Both the position numbers and the translations under genes were made by a program. DNA of 64,000 bases from Eledone cirrhosa. Lineage: Eukaryota. Of the stretch, positions 29,142 through 43,600 are shown one piece after another. The stretch covers positions 6,572,001 through 6,636,000 of the forward strand of contig OZ024741.1 in NCBI GenBank assembly GCA_964016885.1, in the 5' to 3' direction. Position 1 is the first letter of the stretch. The number at the start of each line of letters is the position of its first letter. Below the pieces are notes generated by a model, which was not told the DNA's origin, ran no database searches, and worked only from the letters and a program-made list of their open reading frames with translations.

Positions 29142-32083
29142 AATAGTTGATGACAGAGTACCTCAGACAATAGTTGAAGACAGAGTACGTCAGACAATAG
29201 TTGAAGACAGAGTACCTCAGACAATAGTTGAAGACAGAGTACCCCAGCCAATGAGAGACAGAATACCTCAGACAATAGTTGAAAACAGAGTACCTCAGAC
29301 AATAGTTGAAAACAGAGTACCTCAGACAATAGTTGAAAACAGAGTACCTCAGACATTAGTTGAAGACAGAGTACCTCAGACATTAGTTGAAGACAGAGTA
29401 CCTCAGACATTAGTTGAAGACAGAGTACCTCAGACATTAGCTGAAGACAGAGTACCCCAGCCAATGAGAGACAGAATACCTCAGACAATAGTTGAAGACA
29501 GAATACCTCAGACAATAGTTGAAGACAGAGTACCTCAGACAATAGTTGAAGACAGAATACCTCAGACAATAGTTGAAGACAAAGTACCTCAGACATTAGT
29601 TGAAGACAGAGTACCTCAGACAATAGTTGAAGACAGAATACCTCAGACAATAGTTGAAGACTGAATACCTCAGACAATAGTTGAAGACAGAGTACCTCAG
29701 ACAATAGTTGAAGACAGAATACCTCAGACATTAGTTGAAGACAGAGTACCTCAGACATTAGTTGAAGACAGAGTACCTCAGACAATAGTTTAAGACAGAG
29801 TACCCCAGCCAATGAGAGACAGAATACCTCAGACAATTGTTGAAGACTGAATACCTCAGACAATAGTTGAAGACACAATACCTCAGACAATAGTTGAAGA
29901 CAGAGTACCTCAGACAATAGTTGAAGACAGAGTACCCCAGCCAATGAGAGACAGAATACCTCAGACAATAGTTGAAAACAGAGTACCTCAGACAATAGTT
30001 GAAAACAGAGTACCTCAGACAATAGTTGAAAACAGAGTACCTCAGACATTAGTTGAAGACAGAGTACCTCAGACATTAGTTGAAGACAGAGTACCTCAGA
30101 CAATAGTTTAAGACAGAGTACCCCAGCCAATGAGAGACAGAATACCTCAGACAATTGTTGAAGACTGAATACCTCAGACAATAGTTGAAGACAGAATACC
30201 TCAGACAATAGTTGAAGACAGAGTACCTCAGACAATAGTTGAAGACAGAATACCTCAGACAATAGTTGAAGACAAAGTACCTCAGACATTAGTTGAAGAC
30301 AGAGTACCTCAGACAATAGTTGAAGACAGAATACCTCAGACAATAGTTGAAGACTGAATACCTCAGACAATAGTTGAAGACAGAGTACCTCAGACAATAG
30401 TTGAAGACAGAATACCTCAGACAATAGTTGAAGACAGAATACCTCAGACAATAGTTGAAGACAGAATACCTCAGACAATAGTTGAAGACAGAGTACCTCA
30501 GACAATAGTTGAAGACAGAGTACCTCAGACAATAGTTGAAGACAGAGTACCTCAGACAATAGTTGAAGACAGAGTACCTCAGACAATAGTTGAAGACAGA
30601 GTACCTCAGACAATAGTTGAAGACAGAGTACCTCAGACAATAGTTGAAGACAGAGTACCTCAGACAATAGTTGAAGACAGAGTACCTCAGACATTAGTTG
30701 AAGACAGAGTACCTCAGACATTAGTTGAAGACAGAGTACCTCAGTCAATAGTTGAAGACAGAGTACCTCAGTCAATAGTTGAAGACAGAGTACCTCAGAC
30801 AATAGTTGAAGACAGAGTACCTCAGACAATAGTTGAAGACAGAGTACCTCAGACAATAGTTTAAGACAGAGTACCTCAGACAATAGTTTAAGACAGAGTA
30901 CCCCAGCCAATGAGAGACAGAATACCTCAGACAATTGTTGAAGACAGTGTACCTCAGACAATAGTTTAAGACTGAATACCTCAGACAATAGTTGAAGACA
31001 AAGTACCTCAGATATTAGTTGAAGACAGAGTGCCTCAGACAATAGTTGAAGATAGAATACCTCAGACAATAGTTGAAGACTGAATACCTCAGACAATAGT
31101 TGAAGACAGAGTACCTCAGACAATAGTTGAAGACAGAGTACCTCAGACAATAGTTGAAGACAGAATACCTCAGACAATAGTTGAAGACAGAATACCTCAG
31201 ACAATAGTTGAAGACAGAGTACCTCAGACAATAGTTGAAGACAGAGTACCCCCAGCCAATGAGAGACAGAATACCTTAGACAATAGTTGAAGTCAGACAA
31301 TTGTTGAAGACAGAGTATCTCAGACATTAGTTGAAGACAGAGTACCTCAGACAATAGTTGAAGACAGAGTACCTCAGACAATAGTTGAAGACAGTGTACC
31401 TCAGACAATAGTTGAAGACAGAGTACCTCAGACAATAGTTGAAGACAGAGTACCTCAGACAATAGTTGAAGACAGAGTACCTCAGACAATAGTTGAAGAC
31501 AGAGTACCCCAGCCAATGAGAGACAGAATACCTCAGACAATTGTTGAAGACTGAATACCTCAGACAATGGTTGAAGACAGAGTACCTCAGACAATAGTTG
31601 AAGACAGAGTACCCCAGCCAATGAGAGACAGAATACCTCAGACAATTGTTGAAGACAGAGTACCTCAGACAATAGTTGAAGACAGAGTACCTCAGACAAT
31701 AGTTGAAGACAGAGTACCTCAGACAATAGTTGAAGACAGAGTACCCCAGCCAATGAGAGACAGAATACCTCAGACAATAGTTGAAGACAGAGTACCTCAG
31801 ACAATAGTTGAAGACAGAGTACCTCAGACAATAGTTGAAGACAGAGTACCTCAGACAATAGTTGAAGACAGTACCTCAGACAATAGTTGAAGACAGTACC
31901 TCAGACAATAGTTGAAGACAGAGTACCTCAGACAATAGTTGAAGACAGAGTACCTCAGACAATAGCTGAAGACAGAGTACCTCAGACAATAGCTGAAGAC
32001 AGAGTACCTCAGACAATAGCTGAAGACGGAGTACCCCAGACAATAGTTGAAGACAGAGTACCTCAAACAATAGTTGAAGACAG

Positions 32084-33203
32084 CACCTATTGTCCCAAAT
32101 GCAAAGTATGGGTGCATAAAAGATGTAGTGGGATTACAGGTAAGCTAACTAAGAATATAGATTTTACATGTGGCCGGTGCTCTGGTGCAATAAGTAGCAG
32201 CAAGTGCCCATAGAATACTAGCTGATTCCATTGCACAGATGGTTCTATAGAAATAGTGGACACCTTCCGTTACTTGGGTGACAAAATCAGCAGTGGTGGA
32301 GGGTGCTCTAAAAGTACAGTAGCTAGAGTCAGAACTGGATGGAAAAAGTTCAGAGAGCTTATACCACTATTAGCCGCTAAAGGGTTCTCTCTAAAAATGA
32401 AAGGCAGGCTGTATGATGCCTGCATACGCACAGCAATGTTACATGGCAGGGAGACCCGGGCATTGTGTGCAGAGGATATACGTAGACTGGAGAGGAACGA
32501 AGCTTGCATGCTCCGCTGGATGTGTAATGGTAATATACGTGAACGGCAAAGCATAAACGAACTAAGGGAAAAATTAGAAATAAGAGGGATCAGATGTTGT
32601 TTACTCGAGAGAAGACTACGTTGGTAAGGTCACGTGATGCGCATGAAAGACGACAGCTGTATAAAAATGTGCAGGGCAATAAAAATAGACGGTAGTCACG
32701 GAGTAGGAAGACACAGAAAAACCTGGGACGACTTGATAAATTCCGACCCCACACACTTACACCTCTCCAAGACAATGTCACTGGACCGAGATCTTTGGCA
32801 CTACACAGTAATTCACCTAAGTACAAAGTGAAACCTACTACAGTCAGTAGGCACCTCTAACAAAAAAACACCCCTGTTCCACTACCCCCATTCCATCTAC
32901 ACCACCCCTTTCAATGTAAAGTTATGTTGGTACCACAACATCCAGTCCGAAACAAATGAGGTTTTGTAGGTGTCACGACGAAAAAACACACAGTCCACGC
33001 TGTAATGTGGCCGTGTAGGTAACACGGTAAAAACCTCCCAGTCCAGACTGTAAACGTGGTTGGTGTTAGGAAGGGCATCCAGCCGTAGAAAACCCGCCAG
33101 ACAGTTCTATGCGAGCAAGACAACCACTCTTGCCTCAAGTGGGAAAACTCCCGTCCAAACCCATGCAAGCGTGGAAGATGGACGTTAAACGATGATGATG
33201 ATG
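32084..33203 (+). mobile_element. RTE fragment copy 9 (haplotype A)
   Basis: Matches copy 3, including TGGCAC. Confidence 0.93.
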
Positions 33204-35959
33204 AATAGTTGATGACAGAGTACCTCAGACAATAGTTGAAGACAGAGTACCCCAGCCAATAAGAGACAGAATACCTCAGACAATTGTTGAAGACAGAGTA
33301 CCTCAGACAATAGTTGAAGACAGAGTACCTCAGACAATAGTTGAAGACAGAGTACCTCAGACAATAGTTGAAGACAGAATACCTCAGATAATAGTTGAAG
33401 ACAGAATACCTCAGACATTAGTTGAAGACAGAGTACCTCAGACAATAGTTGAAGACAGAGTACCTCAGACAATAGGTGAAGACAGAGTACCTCAGACAAT
33501 AGTTGAAGACAGAGTACCTCAGACATTAGTTGAAGACAGAGTACCTCAGACATTAGTTGAAGACAGAGTACCTCAGTCAATAGTTGAAGACAGAGTACCT
33601 CAGACAATAGTTGAAGACAGAGTACCTCAGACAATAGTTGAAGACAGAGTACCTCAGACAATAGTTGAAGACAGAGTACCCCAGCCAATGAGAGACAGAA
33701 TACCTCAGATAATTGTTGAAGACAGTGTACCTCAGACAATAGTTGAAGACTGAATACCTCAGACAATAGTTGAAGACAGAGTACCTCAGACAATAGTTGA
33801 AGACAGAGTACCTCAGACAATAGTTGAAGACAGAATACCTCAGACAATAGTTGAAGACAGAATACCTCAGACAATAGTTGAAGACAGAGTACCCCAGCCA
33901 ATGAGAGACAGAATACCTCAGACAATTGTTGAAGACAGAATACCTCAGACAATAGTTGAAGACAGAGTACCCCAGCCAATGAGAGACAGAATACCTCGGA
34001 CAATTGTTGAAGACAGAATACCTCAAACAATAGTTGAAGACAGAGTACCTCAGACAATAGTTGAAGACAGAGTACCTCAGACAATAGTTGAAGACAGAGT
34101 ACCTCAGACAATAGTTGAAGACAGAGTACCTCAGACAATAGTTGAAGACAGAATACCTCAGACAATGGTTGAAGACAGAGTACCTCAGACAATAGTTGAA
34201 GACAGAATACCTCAGACAATAGTTGAAGACAGAATACCTCAGACAATAGTTGAAGACAGAGTACCTCACACAATAGTTGAAGACAGAGTACCCCAGCCAA
34301 TGAGAGACAGAATACCTCAGACAATAGTTGAAGACAGTACCTCAAACAATAGTTGAAAACAGAGTACCTCAGACAATAGTTGAAAACAGAGTACCTCAGA
34401 CAATAGTTTAAGACAGAGTACCTCAGACAATAGTTTAAGACAGAGTACCTCAGACAATAGTTTAAGACAGAGTACCCCAGCCAATGAGAGACAGAATACC
34501 TCAGACAATTGTTGAAGACAGTGTACCTCAGACAATAGTTTAAGACTGAATACCTCAGACAATAGTTGAAGACAAAGTACCTCAGATATTAGTTGAAGAC
34601 AGAGTGCCTCAGACAATAGTTGAAGATAGAATACCTCAGACAATAGTTGAAGACTGAATACCTCAGACAATAGTTGAAGACAGAGTACCTCAGACAATAG
34701 TTGAAGACAGAGTACCTCAGACAATAGTTGAAGACAGAATACCTCAGACAATAGTTGAAGACAGAATACCTCAGACAATAGTTGAAGACAGAGTACCTCA
34801 GACAATAGTTGAAGACAGAGTACCCCCAGCCAATGAGAGACAGAATACCTTAGACAATAGTTGAAGTCAGACAATAGTTGAAGACAGAGTATCTCAGACA
34901 TTAGTTGAAGACAGAGTACCTCAGACAATAGTTGAAGACAGAGTACCTCAGACAATAGTTGAAGACAGTGTACCTCAGACAATAGTTGAAGACAGAGTAC
35001 CTCAGACAATAGTTGAAGACAGAGTACCTCAGACAATAGTTGAAGACAGAGTACCTCAGACAATAGTTGAAGACAGAGTACCCCAGCCAATGAGAGACAG
35101 AATACCTCAGACAATTGTTGAAGACTGAATACCTCAGACAATGGTTGAAGACAGAGTACCTCAGACAATAGTTGAAGACTGAATACCTCAGACAATAGTT
35201 GAAGACAGAATACCTCAGACAATAGTTGAAGACAGAGTACCTCAGACAATAGTTGATGACAGAATACCTCAGACAATAGTTGAAGACAAAGTACCTCAGA
35301 CATTAGTTGAAGACAGAGTACCTCAGACAATAGTTGAAGACAGAATACCTCAGACAATAGTTGAAGACTGAATACCTCAGACAATAGTTGAAGACAGAGT
35401 ACCTCAGACAATAGTTGAAGACAGAGTACCTCAGACAATAGTTGAAGACAGAGTACCTCAGACAATAGTTGAAGACAGAGTACCCCAGACAATAGTTGAA
35501 GACAGAGTATCTCAGACAATAGTTGAAGACAGAGTACCTCAGACAATAGTTGAAGACAGAGTACCCCAGCCAATGAGAGACAGAATACCTCAGACAATAG
35601 TTGAAGACAGAGTACCTCAGACAATAGTTGAAGACTGAATACCTCAGACAATAGTTGAAGACAGAGTACCTCAGACAATAGTTGAAGACAGAATACCTCA
35701 GACAATAGTTGAAGACAGAATACCTCAGACAATAGTTGAAGACAGAGTACCTCAGACAATAGTTGAAGACAGAGTACCCCCAGCCAATGAGAGACAGAGT
35801 ACCTCAGACAATAGTTGAAGACAGAGTACCTCAGACAATAGTTGAAGACAGAGTATCTCAGACATTAGTTGAAGACAGAGTACCTCTGACAATATTTGAA
35901 GACAGAGTACCTCAGACAATAGTTGAAGACAGAGTAACTCAAACAATAGTTGAAGACAG

Positions 35960-37095
35960 CACCTATTGTCCCAAATGCAAAGTATGGGTGCATAAAAGAT
36001 GTAGTGGGATCACAGGTAAGCTAACTAAGAATATAGATTTTACATGTGGCCGGTGCTCTGGTGCAATAAGTAGCAGCAAGTGCCCATAGAATACTAGCTG
36101 ATTCCATTGCACAGATGGTTCTATAGAAATAGTGGACACCTTCCGTTACTTGGGTGACAAAATCAGCAGTGGTGGAGGGTGCTCTAAAAGTACAGTAGCT
36201 AGAGTCAGAACTGGATGGAAAAAGTTCAGAGAGCTTATACCACTATTAGCCGCTAAAGGGTTCTCTCTAAAAATGAAAGGCAGGCTGTATGATGCCTGCA
36301 TACGCACAGCAATGTTACATGGCAGGGAGACCCGGGCATTGTGTGCAGAGGATATACGTAGACTGGAGAGGAACGAAGCTTGCATGCTCCGCTGGATGTG
36401 TAATAGTAATATACGTGAACGGCAAAGCATAAACGAACTAAGGGAAAAATTAGAAATAGAGGGATCAGATGTTGTTTACTCGAGAGAAGACTACGTTGGT
36501 AAGGTCACGTGATGCGCATGAAAGACGACAGCTGTATAAAAATGTGCAGGGCAATAAAAATAGACGGTAGTCACGGAGTAAGCAGACCCAGAAAAACCTG
36601 GGACGACTTGATAAATTCCGACCTCACACACTTACACCTCTCCAAGACAATGTCACTGGACCGAGATCTTTGGTGCTACACAGTAATTCAGAAGACCCGC
36701 CTTACCTAAGTATAAAGTGAAACCTACTACAGTCAGTAGGCACCTCTAACTAAAAAACACCTCTGTTCCACTACCCCCATTCCATCCACACCACCCCTTT
36801 CAATGTAAAGTTATGTTGGTACCACAACATCCAGTCCGAATAAAATGAGGTTGTGTAGGTGTCACGACGAAAAAACACACAGTCCACGCTGTAATGTGGC
36901 CGTGTAGGCAACACGGTAAAAACCTCCCAGTCCACACTGTAAACGTGGTTGGTGTTAGGAAGGGCATCCAGCCGTAGAAAACCCGCCAGACAGTCCTATG
37001 CGAGCAAGACAACCACTCTTGCCTAAAGTGGAAAAACTCCCGTCCAAACCCACTCAAGCGTGGAAGATGGACGTTAAACGATAATGATGATGATG
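35960..37095 (+). mobile_element. RTE fragment copy 10 (haplotype B)
   Basis: Same junctions, B diagnostic sites. Confidence 0.93.
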
Positions 37096-39222
37096 AATAG
37101 TTGATGACAGAGTACCTCAGACAATAGTTGAAGACAGAGTACGTCAGACAATAGTTGAAGACAGAGTACCTCAGACAATAGTTGAAGACAGAGTACCCCA
37201 GCCAATGAGAGACAGAATACCTCAGACAATAGTTGAAAACAGAGTACCTCAGACAATAGTTGAAAACAGAGTACCTCAGACATTAGTTGAAGACAGAGTA
37301 CCTCAGACATTAGTTGAAGACAGAGTACCTCAGACATTAGTTGAAGACAGAGTACCTCAGACATTAGCTGAAGACAGAGTACCCCAGCCAATGAGAGACA
37401 GAATACCTCAGACAATTGTTGAAGACTGAATACCTCAGACAATAGTTGAAGACAGAATACCTCAGACAATAGTTGAAGACAGAGTACCTCAGACAATAGT
37501 TGAAGACAGAATACCTCAGACAATAGTTGAAGACAAAGTACCTCAGACATTAGTTGAAGACAGAGTACCTCAGACAATAGTTGAAGACAGAATACCTCAG
37601 ACAATAGTTGAAGACTGAATACCTCAGACAATAGTTGAAGACAGAGTACCTCAGACAATAGTTGAAGACAGAATACCTCAGACATTAGTTGAAGACAGAG
37701 TACCTCAGACATTAGTTGAAGACAGAGTACCTCAGACAATAGTTTAAGACAGAGTACCCCAGCCAATGAGAGACAGAATACCTCAGACAATTGTTGAAGA
37801 CTGAATACCTCAGACAATAGTTGAAGACACAATACCTCAGACAATAGTTGAAGACAGAGTACCTCAGACAATAGTTGAAGACAGAGTACCCCAGCCAATG
37901 AGAGACAGAATACCTCAGACAATAGTTGAAAACAGAGTACCTCAGACAATAGTTGAAAACAGAGTACCTCAGACAATAGTTGAAAACAGAGTACCTCAGA
38001 CATTAGTTGAAGACAGAGTACCTCAGACATTAGTTGAAGACAGAGTACCTCAGACAATAGTTTAAGACAGAGTACCCCAGCCAATGAGAGACAGAATACC
38101 TCAGACAATTGTTGAAGACTGAATACCTCAGACAATAGTTGAAGACAGAATACCTCAGACAATAGTTGAAGACAGAGTACCTCAGACAATAGTTGAAGAC
38201 AGAATACCTCAGACAATAGTTGAAGACAAAGTACCTCAGACATTAGTTGAAGACAGAGTACCTCAGACAATAGTTGAAGACAGAATACCTCAGACAATAG
38301 TTGAAGACTGAATACCTCAGACAATAGTTGAAGACAGAGTACCTCAGACAATAGTTGAAGACAGAATACCTCAGACAATAGTTGAAGACAGAATACCTCA
38401 GACAATAGTTGAAGACAGAATACCTCAGACAATAGTTGAAGACAGAGTACCTCAGACAATAGTTGAAGACAGAGTACCTCAGACAATAGTTGAAGACAGA
38501 GTACCTCAGACAATAGTTGAAGACAGAGTACCTCAGACAATAGTTGAAGACAGAGTACCTCAGACAATAGTTGAAGACAGAGTACCTCAGACAATAGTTG
38601 AAGACAGAGTACCTCAGACAATAGTTGAAGACAGAGTACCTCAGACATTAGTTGAAGACAGAGTACCTCAGACATTAGTTGAAGACAGAGTACCTCAGTC
38701 AATAGTTGAAGACAGAGTACCTCAGTCAATAGTTGAAGACAGAGTACCTCAGACAATAGTTGAAGACAGAGTACCTCAGACAATAGTTGAAGACAGAGTA
38801 CCTCAGACAATAGTTGAAGACAGAGTACCCCAGCCAATGAGAGACAGAATACCTCAGACAATTGTTGAAGACAGTGTACCTCAGACAATAGTTGAAGACT
38901 GAATACCTCAGACAATAGTTGAAGACAGAGTACCTCAGACAATAGTTGAAGACAGAGTACCTCAGACAATAGTTGAAGACAGAATACCTCAGACAATAGT
39001 TGAAGACAGAGTACCCCAGCCAATGAGAGACAGAATACCTTAGACAATAGTTGAAGACAGAGTACCTCAGACAATAGTTGAAGACAGAGTATCTCAGACA
39101 TTAGTTGAAGACAGAGTACCTCAAACAATAGTTGAAGACAGAGTACCTCTGACAATATTTGAAGACAGAGTACCTCAGACAATAGTTGAAGACAGAGTAA
39201 CTCAAACAATAGTTGAAGACAG

Positions 39223-40358
39223 CACCTATTGTCCCAAATGCAAAGTATGGGTGCATAAAAGATGTAGTGGGATCACAGGTAAGCTAACTAAGAATATAGA
39301 TTTTACATGTGGCCGGTGCTCTGGTGCAATAAGTAGCAGCAAGTGCCCATAGAATACTAGCTGATTCCATTGCACAGATGGTTCTATAGAAATAGTGGAC
39401 ACCTTCCGTTACTTGGGTGACAAAATCAGCAGTGGTGGAGGGTGCTCTAAAAGTACAGTAGCTAGAGTCAGAACTGGATGGAAAAAGTTCAGAGAGCTTA
39501 TACCACTATTAGCCGCTAAAGGGTTCTCTCTAAAAATGAAAGGCAGGCTGTATGATGCCTGCATACGCACAGCAATGTTACATGGCAGGGAGACCCGGGC
39601 ATTGTGTGCAGAGGATATACGTAGACTGGAGAGGAACGAAGCTTGCATGCTCCGCTGGATGTGTAATAGTAATATACGTGAACGGCAAAGCATAAACGAA
39701 CTAAGGGAAAAATTAGAAATAGAGGGATCAGATGTTGTTTACTCGAGAGAAGACTACGTTGGTAAGGTCACGTGATGCGCATGAAAGACGACAGCTGTAT
39801 AAAAATGTGCAGGGCAATAAAAATAGACGGTAGTCACGGAGTAAGCAGACCCAGAAAAACCTGGGACGACTTGATAAATTCCGACCTCACACACTTACAC
39901 CTCTCCAAGACAATGTCACTGGACCGAGATCTTTGGTGCTACACAGTAATTCAGAAGACCCGCCTTACCTAAGTATAAAGTGAAACCTACTACAGTCAGT
40001 AGGCACCTCTAACTAAAAAACACCTCTGTTCCACTACCCCCATTCCATCCACACCACCCCTTTCAATGTAAAGTTATGTTGGTACCACAACATCCAGTCC
40101 GAATAAAATGAGGTTGTGTAGGTGTCACGACGAAAAAACACACAGTCCACGCTGTAATGTGGCCGTGTAGGCAACACGGTAAAAACCTCCCAGTCCACAC
40201 TGTAAACGTCGTTGGTGTTAGGAAGGGCATCCAGCCGTAGAAAACCCGCCAGACAGTCCTATGCGAGCAAGACAACCACTCTTGCCTAAAGTGGAAAAAC
40301 TCCCGTCCAAACCCACTCAAGCGTGGAAGATGGACGTTAAACGATAATGATGATGATG
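39223..40358 (+). mobile_element. RTE fragment copy 11 (haplotype B)
   Basis: Same junctions, B diagnostic sites. Confidence 0.93.
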
Positions 40359-42512
40359 AATAGTTGATGACAGAGTACCTCAGACAATAGTTGAAGACAG
40401 AGTACGTCAGACAATAGTTGAAGACAGAGTACCTCAGACAATAGTTGAAGACAGAGTACCCCAGCCAATGAGAGACAGAATACCTCAGACAATAGTTGAA
40501 AACAGAGTACCTCAGACAATAGTTGAAAACAGAGTACCTCAGACAATAGTTGAAAACAGAGTACCTCAGACATTAGTTGAAGACAGAGTACCTCAGACAT
40601 TAGTTGAAGACAGAGTACCTCAGACATTAGTTGAAGACAGAGTACCTCAGACATTAGCTGAAGACAGAGTACCCCAGCCAATGAGAGACAGAATACCTCA
40701 GACAATTGTTGAAGACTGAATACCTCAGACAATAGTTGAAGACAGAATACCTCAGACAATAGTTGAAGACAGAGTACCTCAGACAATAGTTGAAGACAGA
40801 ATACCTCAGACAATAGTTGAAGACAAAGTACCTCAGACATTAGTTGAAGACAGAGTACCTCAGACAATAGTTGAAGACAGAATACCTCAGACAATAGTTG
40901 AAGACAGAATACCTCAGACAATAGTTGAAGACAGAGTACCTCAGCCAATAGTTGAAGACAGAATACCTCAGACATTAGTTGAAGACAGAGTACCTCAGAC
41001 ATTAGTTGAAGACAGAGTACCTCAGACAATAGTTTAAGACAGAGTACCCCAGCCAATGAGAGACAGAATACCTCAGACAATTGTTGAAGACTGAATACCT
41101 CAGACAATAGTTGAAGACAGAATACCTCAGACAATAGTTGAAGACAGAGTACCTCAGACAATAGTTGAAGACAGAGTACCCCAGCCAATGAGAGACAGAA
41201 TACCTCAGACAATAGTTGAAAACAGAGTACCTCAGACAATAGTTGAAAACAGAGTACCTCAGACAATAGTTGAAAACAGAGTACCTCAGACATTAGTTGA
41301 AGACAGAGTACCTCAGACATTATTTGAAGACAGAGTACCTCAGACAATAGTTTAAGACAGAGTACCCCAGCCAATGAGAGACAGAATACCTCAGACAATT
41401 GTTGAAGACTGAATACCTCAGACAATAGTTGAAGACACAATACCTCAGACAATAGTTGAAGACAGAGTACCTCAGACAATAGTTGAAGACAGAATACCTC
41501 AGACAATAGTTGAAGACAAAGTACCTCAGACATTAGTTGAAGACAGAGTACCTCAGACAATAGTTGAAGACAGAATACCTCAGACAATAGTTGAAGACTG
41601 AATACCTCAGACAATAGTTGAAGACAGAGTACCTCAGACAATAGTTGAAGACAGAATACCTCAGACAATAGTTGAAGACAGAATACCTCAGACAATAGTT
41701 GAAGACAGAATACCTCAGACAATAGTTGAAGACAGAGTACCTCAGACAATAGTTGAAGACAGAGTACCTCAGACAATAGTTGAAGACAGAGTACCTCAGA
41801 CAATAGTTGAAGACAGAGTACCTCAGACAATAGTTGAAGACAGAGTACCTCAGACAATAGTTGAAGACAGAGTACCTCAGACAATAGTTGAAGACAGAGT
41901 ACCTCAGACAATAGTTGAAGACAGAGTACCTCAGACATTAGTTGAAGACAGAGTACCTCAGACATTAGTTGAAGACAGAGTACCTCAGTCAATAGTTGAA
42001 GACAGAGTACCTCAGACAATAGTTGAAGACAGAGTACCTCAGACAATAGTTGAAGACAGAGTACCTCAGACAATAGTTGAAGACAGAGTACCTCAGACAA
42101 TAGTTGAAGACAGAGTACCCCAGCCAATGAGAGACAGAATACCTCAGACAATTGTTGAAGACAGTGTACCTCAGACAATAGTTGAAGACTGAATACCTCA
42201 GACAATAGTTGAAGACAGAGTACCTCAGACAATAGTTGAAGACAGAGTACCTCAGACAATAGTTGAAGACAGAATACCTCAGACAATAGTTGAAGACAGA
42301 GTACCCCAGCCAATGAGAGACAGAATACCTTAGACAATAGTTGAAGACAGAGTACCTCAGACAATAGTTGAAGACAGAGTATCTCAGACATTAGTTGAAG
42401 ACAGAGTACCTCAAACAATAGTTGAAGACAGAGTACCTCTGACAATATTTGAAGACAGAGTACCTCAGACAATAGTTGAAGACAGAGTAACTCAAACAAT
42501 AGTTGAAGACAG

Positions 42513-43600
42513 CACCTATTGTCCCAAATGCAAAGTATGGGTGCATAAAAGATGTAGTGGGATCACAGGTAAGCTAACTAAGAATATAGATTTTACATGT
42601 GGCCGGTGCTCTGGTGCAATAAGTAGCAGCAAGTGCCCATAGAATACTAGCTGATTCCATTGCACAGATGGTTCTATAGAAATAGTGGACACCTTCCGTT
42701 ACTTGGGTGACAAAATCAGCAGTGGTGGAGGGTGCTCTAAAAGTACAGTAGCTAGAGTCAGAACTGGATGGAAAAAGTTCAGAGAGCTCATACCACTATT
42801 AGCCGCTAAAGGGTTCTCTCTAAAAATGAAAGGCAGGCTGTATGATGCCTGCATACGCACAGCAATGTTACATGGCAGGGAGACCCGGGCATTGTGTGCA
42901 GAGGATATACGTAGACTGGAGAGGAACGAAGCTTGCATGCTCCGCTGGATGTGTAATAGTAATATACGTGAACGGCAAAGCATAAACGAACTAAGGGAAA
43001 AATTAGAAATAGAGGGATCAGATGTAGTTTACTCGAGAGAAGACTACGTTGGTAAGGTCACGTGATGCGCATGAAAGACGACAGCTGTATAAAAATGTGC
43101 AGGGCAATAAAAATAGACGGTAGTCACGGAGTAAGCAGACCCAGAAAAACCTGGGACGACTTGATAAATTCCGACCTCACACATTTACACCTCTCCAAGA
43201 CAATGTCACTGGACCGAGATCTTTGGTGCTACACAGTAATTCAGAAGACCCGCCTTACCTAAGTATAAAGTGAAACCTACTACAGTCAGTAGGCACCTCT
43301 AACTAAAAAACACCTCTGTTCCACTACCCCCATTCCATCCACACCACCCCTTTCAATGTAAAGTTATGTTGGTACCACAACATCCAGTCCGAATAAAATG
43401 AGGTTGTGTAGGTGTCACGACGAAAAAACACACAGTCCACACTGTAAACGTGGTTGGTGTTAGGAAGGGCATCCAGCCGTAGAAAACCCGCCAGACAGTC
43501 CTATGCGAGCAAGACAACCACTCTTGCCTAAAGTGGAAAAACTCCCGTCCAAACCCACTCAAGCGTAGAAGATGGACGTTAAACGATAATGATGATGATG
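42513..43600 (+). mobile_element. RTE fragment copy 12 (haplotype B with a 48-bp 3'UTR deletion, 1088 bp)
   Basis: Deletion between two CAGTCCAC direct repeats at ~43440; several private SNPs. Confidence 0.93.

Larger units (their letters stand above)
16287..31226. repeat. 7,426-bp tandem segmental duplication (two LINE copies per unit)
   Basis: LINE starts 18093/25519 and 20580/28006 and ORF ends 16423/23849 and 21694/29120 are all offset by 7426; monomer variant order matches. Boundaries approximate. Confidence 0.88.
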
